A DNA stretch of 18,306 nt, from NCBI GenBank assembly GCA_025457785.1, contig JALOTS010000007.1, forward strand, positions 1-18,306, read 5' to 3'. The translations under genes were made by a program, and so were the position numbers. Shown piece by piece: positions 15,556-18,306 of the stretch. The notes under the pieces are model-generated. The model worked only from the letters and a program-made list of their open reading frames with translations, had not been told where the DNA came from and searched no databases. The DNA comes from Pontiellaceae bacterium (lineage in GTDB: Bacteria; Verrucomicrobiota; Kiritimatiellia; Kiritimatiellales; Tichowtungiaceae). Numbering within the stretch: position 1 is the stretch's first letter; the number at the start of each line of letters is the position of its first letter.

Positions 15556-16328
15556 TTCGTTGCTTCTCTCGGCGGTCTTCTCAAAAACCGCTCGGTGAAG
15601 ATTGATTCTTTCAGCCCGGTGTCGTAAATGACGGCGCTGAAGAAGTTGATGGTACGGCCTCCGCGAGCCAGATCCTCCACCCGTGATTCAGTGACGGTCG
15701 GATGGCCCTGAATGGTTTCGATTTTTACCGCTTCCACACGCCGGAACAGCTTGCCGTTTTTATCGAGGTATTCCGCTTTAACCGGCAGGAACGTTGTTTT
15801 GTCTATGGCGACGGTATATTCGCTGAAATCGACCGCATCAGGGTTGTTCGGTTTGTTTTTGATCAGGTATTGCGTTTCGGTTTCGCCGGACAGTTCATGC
15901 GTGTCTTCCCACAGCGCACGGCCCGAAACATCTTCATAGACAAAGTCGGAGCCGACGAAGGAGGTGCGTTTGTCGCCCGGCGCGATGGGTTTGACGAGAT
16001 TAAGCGCGGGCAGGAAAAGCCAGCGGCTGTCGTCTTTTCCCTGTTCAACTTCTTTCCAGACCATGAAAACCTGCTGGCGCACATCGGCGGGTTCTTTGAA
16101 GTACACATAAAACTTCTGGCTGCCCGCGCCGGTGTTGAGGCGCAGAATGCGGAATTCACGTGTCCGTTCGCCGCCGGTAGCATCGGTAATCACCATTTTT
16201 ACGTCGGCCTGTCCGTCGCTTCCGGCGTAGTAGGCGGCCTGATTGGCTTTTTCAACAATTTCGTCAACGGTCAGGGCGAAGCCGTTACATACGGCCAGCG
16301 TAGTTATTGCAAAGATCCAATTTTTCAT
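15552..16328 (-). CDS. Periplasmic LolA-like protein (the family usually annotated outer membrane lipoprotein-sorting protein), 258 aa
   Basis: ATG at 16328 with a strong AAGGAG (16337..16342). The signal peptide is MKNWIFAITTLAVCNGFA|L. The blocks LTVDEIVEKANQA.., ..ERTREFRILRL.., KFYVYFKEPADVRQQVFMVW, DDSRWLFLPALNLVKPIAPGDKRTSFVGSDFVYEDVSG match the LolA_like family pattern as I remember it. Confidence 0.8.
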   Translation of the reverse strand: MKNWIFAITTLAVCNGFALTVDEIVEKANQAAYYAGSDGQADVKMVITDATGGERTREFRILRLNTGAGSQKFYVYFKEPADVRQQVFMVWKEVEQGKDDSRWLFLPALNLVKPIAPGDKRTSFVGSDFVYEDVSGRALWEDTHELSGETETQYLIKNKPNNPDAVDFSEYTVAIDKTTFLPVKAEYLDKNGKLFRRVEAVKIETIQGHPTVTESRVEDLARGGRTINFFSAVIYDTGLKESIFTERFLRRPPREATK

Positions 16329-16384
16329 TTCCGATTCTCCTTTTTTGATTTTTTTCTATTTAAACCTGATCACAATCTGCTTTT

Positions 16385-16463
16385 GTCAGAATGATTGATG
16401 TCAGAATTATTTTCACTTAGGCATAGAATTCTCTCCCATTATTCTGACCATAATTATTCTGAT
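16385..16463. promoter_or_regulatory. Array of four phased GTCAGAAT(N)ATT half-sites forming a 27-bp imperfect inverted repeat around an AGAATTCT palindrome
   Basis: The direct pair is GTCAGAATGATT (16385..16396) and GTCAGAATTATT (16400..16411), 15 bp apart. The inverted pair is CATTATTCTGAC (16437..16448) and AATTATTCTGAT (16452..16463), also 15 bp apart. The arms match at 20 of 27 positions. AGAATTCT sits at 16425..16432. The array lies in a 166-bp spacer of about 29% GC (hand count 48/166) between the RND stop and the LolA-like start. Confidence 0.5.
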
Positions 16464-16494
16464 TAAATTCTCCATTTTATAACTTTATTTACGG

Positions 16495-18306
16495 CTATGC
16501 CGCGTCGTGTTTTTTGCGGCTGTTAATTCTAAACAGTTGTTTTTGCAGTGCGGTAACGAGCGCCGCCAGAATGAAAATGGTGGCGAGCCAGGAAACCAGC
16601 ATGATAGCGGCGAGGAAAAAGCCGACTGTGCGGTACGGTGTCAGCGGCGCGAACAGCAGCGGCAGAAAGCCGACTGAAATGGTGATCGCATTACGGCTGA
16701 TCGCCATGGCGGGCTCCTTGAACATTTCTTTGATGGCTTCCGCCCAGCCGCCTAGTGCTTTTTGCAGTTCGCGGGCGCGCTCAAGGAAGTGAATGGCGAA
16801 GTCCACGCTCAGCCCCAGCGTGAGCGAGGAAAGCACGGCCACAGGCATGTCGTAGTCTTTGCCGGTCCAGCCGAGCAGTCCGTAAATGAAGACTATCGTG
16901 AGGCTGAGCGGAATCATCGAAAGAAGCCCGAACAGCCACGAGCGGTATAGAATCACCATCATGATGAAAACGATGACGAAACTGCTCAGAAGGGAGGACA
17001 GCATGCCGGTGACCATCCGGTTCTGCCAGACGACGTTGAGATAGGTTAGCCCCGCCCATTCGGCGCGCAGCGGAATCGGCGGCGGATTGGCGGCAATGAA
17101 CTGTTCAACGTCTTGGGCAACACCCGCCATATCCGTATTATCGCCGCTGGTGAGCTGTACCCAGATATCCGCCTCGCGGTAGTCGCGGGTGACGAGATGA
17201 AACAGGCTGTCCTTTTTCTTCATCCCTTCGAGCTGCATAAAAACCTGTCCGCAGGCGGCGGCGCTGCCGGGAACCGAATAAAACGGACCGTTGTTTCCGC
17301 CTGCAACATAGTTGAGTTCATACGAGGCCTTCTTGAGCGCATCCACCGCCGAGCTGGTTTTCCCAACCTTTGGAAGAGTGGCGAGATGGGCCTGCAGGCG
17401 ATCCACCCAGCGGAGCAGTTCCGGCTGTTTGAAGGGCGGTGCGATTTTTTCCGCATAGTCGGCGAGCTGTTTTTCGCGCCCTGCGCGGTCTGTTTTAAGG
17501 TCGCAGAAGGCCAGCGCGGCTTCACGCAGTTTTTCTCCGCTCAATTTTTCCAATGACTGGAAAAGTTCCGGCGGCGCATCGGGCAGGGCGGTTTTCAATG
17601 CGGACAGATTTTCAAGCGCGGAGTCTTCGAGGTAGTTGATGTCGTCGGCCAGTTTCAGCCAGGCTTCATGGGCCTGTTCGTTAAGCGGTTCAGGAGCGGC
17701 AACCGGTTTGGATGCGTTTTCCGGCGTGAGAGTGAGATAGGCGGTGTAGGTTCCTCCGAAGTGGCGATTGAGCACAGCATCCGCAATCCGGATGCGATGA
17801 TTCGTCGTAAACCATTTCACCGGATTATCGTTCACATGGATGCGCCGGATGCCGACAACAGAGAAAACGGCGATCAGCACGGAAACCACTGAAATAAGTT
17901 TCCAATGGTTGTATGAAAATCCGCCGGTTTTTTCGAGCATCCGGTCGAGTCCGCTCCGCTTATGATCCGCTTTTTTGGCCGGAATGCGGTCGAGCATGCG
18001 TTGCGGGACGAACAGCATGATATACGCGGGCACAAGGGTCATAGTGAGAACCCAGGCCAGCGCAACCCCGATGGCGACGTGTGCGCCGAAGACCTGAACC
18101 GGCGGAATAGGGGTGGTGATCAGCGAGGCGAATCCGGCGATGGTGGTGAGGCTGGTGTAAAGCATCGGCATGAAGAGATGGCTAATTACGTCGCGAACGG
18201 CCGCTTTTTTGTCGCCGAACCGGTGATAGGCATCGAAGAACTCGCTCAGAATATGAACTGAGTCGGCGACTGAAATCGGCATGAGAAAAATGGCGATCAT
18301 CGAACT
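16495..18306 (-). CDS. RND-superfamily inner-membrane transporter of the MMPL/HpnN-like type, partial (N-terminus lies beyond the window end)
   Basis: The frame stays open to base 18306. The first visible TM bundle contains SVADSVHILSEFFDAYHR...LYTSLTTIAGFASL. A ~270-aa periplasmic insert follows, then a second bundle with LSSLTLGLSVDFAIHFLERARE...AISRNAITISVGFLPLLFAP. This is the duplicated 6-TM plus loop organisation and D..IH motif of MMPL/HpnN-type RND exporters. The stop is TAG at 16495. Confidence 0.85.
   Translation of the reverse strand, partial: SSMIAIFLMPISVADSVHILSEFFDAYHRFGDKKAAVRDVISHLFMPMLYTSLTTIAGFASLITTPIPPVQVFGAHVAIGVALAWVLTMTLVPAYIMLFVPQRMLDRIPAKKADHKRSGLDRMLEKTGGFSYNHWKLISVVSVLIAVFSVVGIRRIHVNDNPVKWFTTNHRIRIADAVLNRHFGGTYTAYLTLTPENASKPVAAPEPLNEQAHEAWLKLADDINYLEDSALENLSALKTALPDAPPELFQSLEKLSGEKLREAALAFCDLKTDRAGREKQLADYAEKIAPPFKQPELLRWVDRLQAHLATLPKVGKTSSAVDALKKASYELNYVAGGNNGPFYSVPGSAAACGQVFMQLEGMKKKDSLFHLVTRDYREADIWVQLTSGDNTDMAGVAQDVEQFIAANPPPIPLRAEWAGLTYLNVVWQNRMVTGMLSSLLSSFVIVFIMMVILYRSWLFGLLSMIPLSLTIVFIYGLLGWTGKDYDMPVAVLSSLTLGLSVDFAIHFLERARELQKALGGWAEAIKEMFKEPAMAISRNAITISVGFLPLLFAPLTPYRTVGFFLAAIMLVSWLATIFILAALVTALQKQLFRINSRKKHDAA

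Noticed and set aside
14344-16394. 341-aa (14344..15369) and 230-aa (15702..16394) plus-strand ORFs opposite the OMP and LolA-like genes
   Set aside because: The minus-strand products have signal peptides, family motifs, a C-terminal aromatic OMP signature and a coupled ATGA junction. The plus-strand translations have none of these.
1-18306. Search for CRISPR arrays, tRNA/rRNA genes, IS elements, integrases, toxin-antitoxin pairs or known defence genes
   Set aside because: I found no regularly spaced direct repeats, no cloverleaf-like segments and no transposase, recombinase, nuclease or ATPase-type ORFs. All long ORFs are accounted for by housekeeping, transport or envelope functions. CPBP/Abi-type proteases can be immunity-linked, but nothing adjacent supports that here.

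Overview
This is an 18.3-kb, moderately GC-rich window that looks like ordinary chromosome from a diderm (Gram-negative-type) bacterium. I can support 14 protein-coding genes, 13 of them on the minus strand, with short or overlapping junctions. I found no rRNA, tRNA, CRISPR array, transposase, integrase or phage-like gene. In coordinate order the genes are: a secreted GH115-like glycoside hydrolase; a four-gene ion-transport operon (ArsB/NhaD-type permease, EIIA+CBS-pair protein, CPA2 cation:proton antiporter, stand-alone PtsN-like EIIA); a CPBP intramembrane protease; asd (the only plus-strand gene); an 815-aa secreted protein with four tandem laminin-B-like domains, a DPDGDG calcium-binding-type motif and a C-terminal tail; a 55-aa mini-lipoprotein; metF; HU; and a three-gene envelope cluster (beta-barrel OMP, LolA-like periplasmic protein, and an MMPL/HpnN-like RND transporter cut by the window edge). 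Four things deserve a second look. (1) The operon in which each of two unrelated ion transporters is preceded by its own PTS-EIIA(Ntr-type) protein, one of them fused to a CBS pair. This is my best candidate for an undescribed regulatory system. (2) The RND / LolA-like / OMP trio, and the roughly 30% GC, 166-bp spacer inside it, which carries four phased GTCAGAAT(N)ATT half-sites in a large inverted repeat overlapping a 20-codon mini-ORF. (3) A 99-bp nested palindrome (predicted four-way junction) between metF and the mini-lipoprotein gene. (4) The four-fold laminin-B-like secreted protein. All family assignments come from motifs read by eye; no search or folding program was run. The taxon cannot be determined. 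Gene content is reminiscent of PVC-group polysaccharide degraders, but that is a guess.
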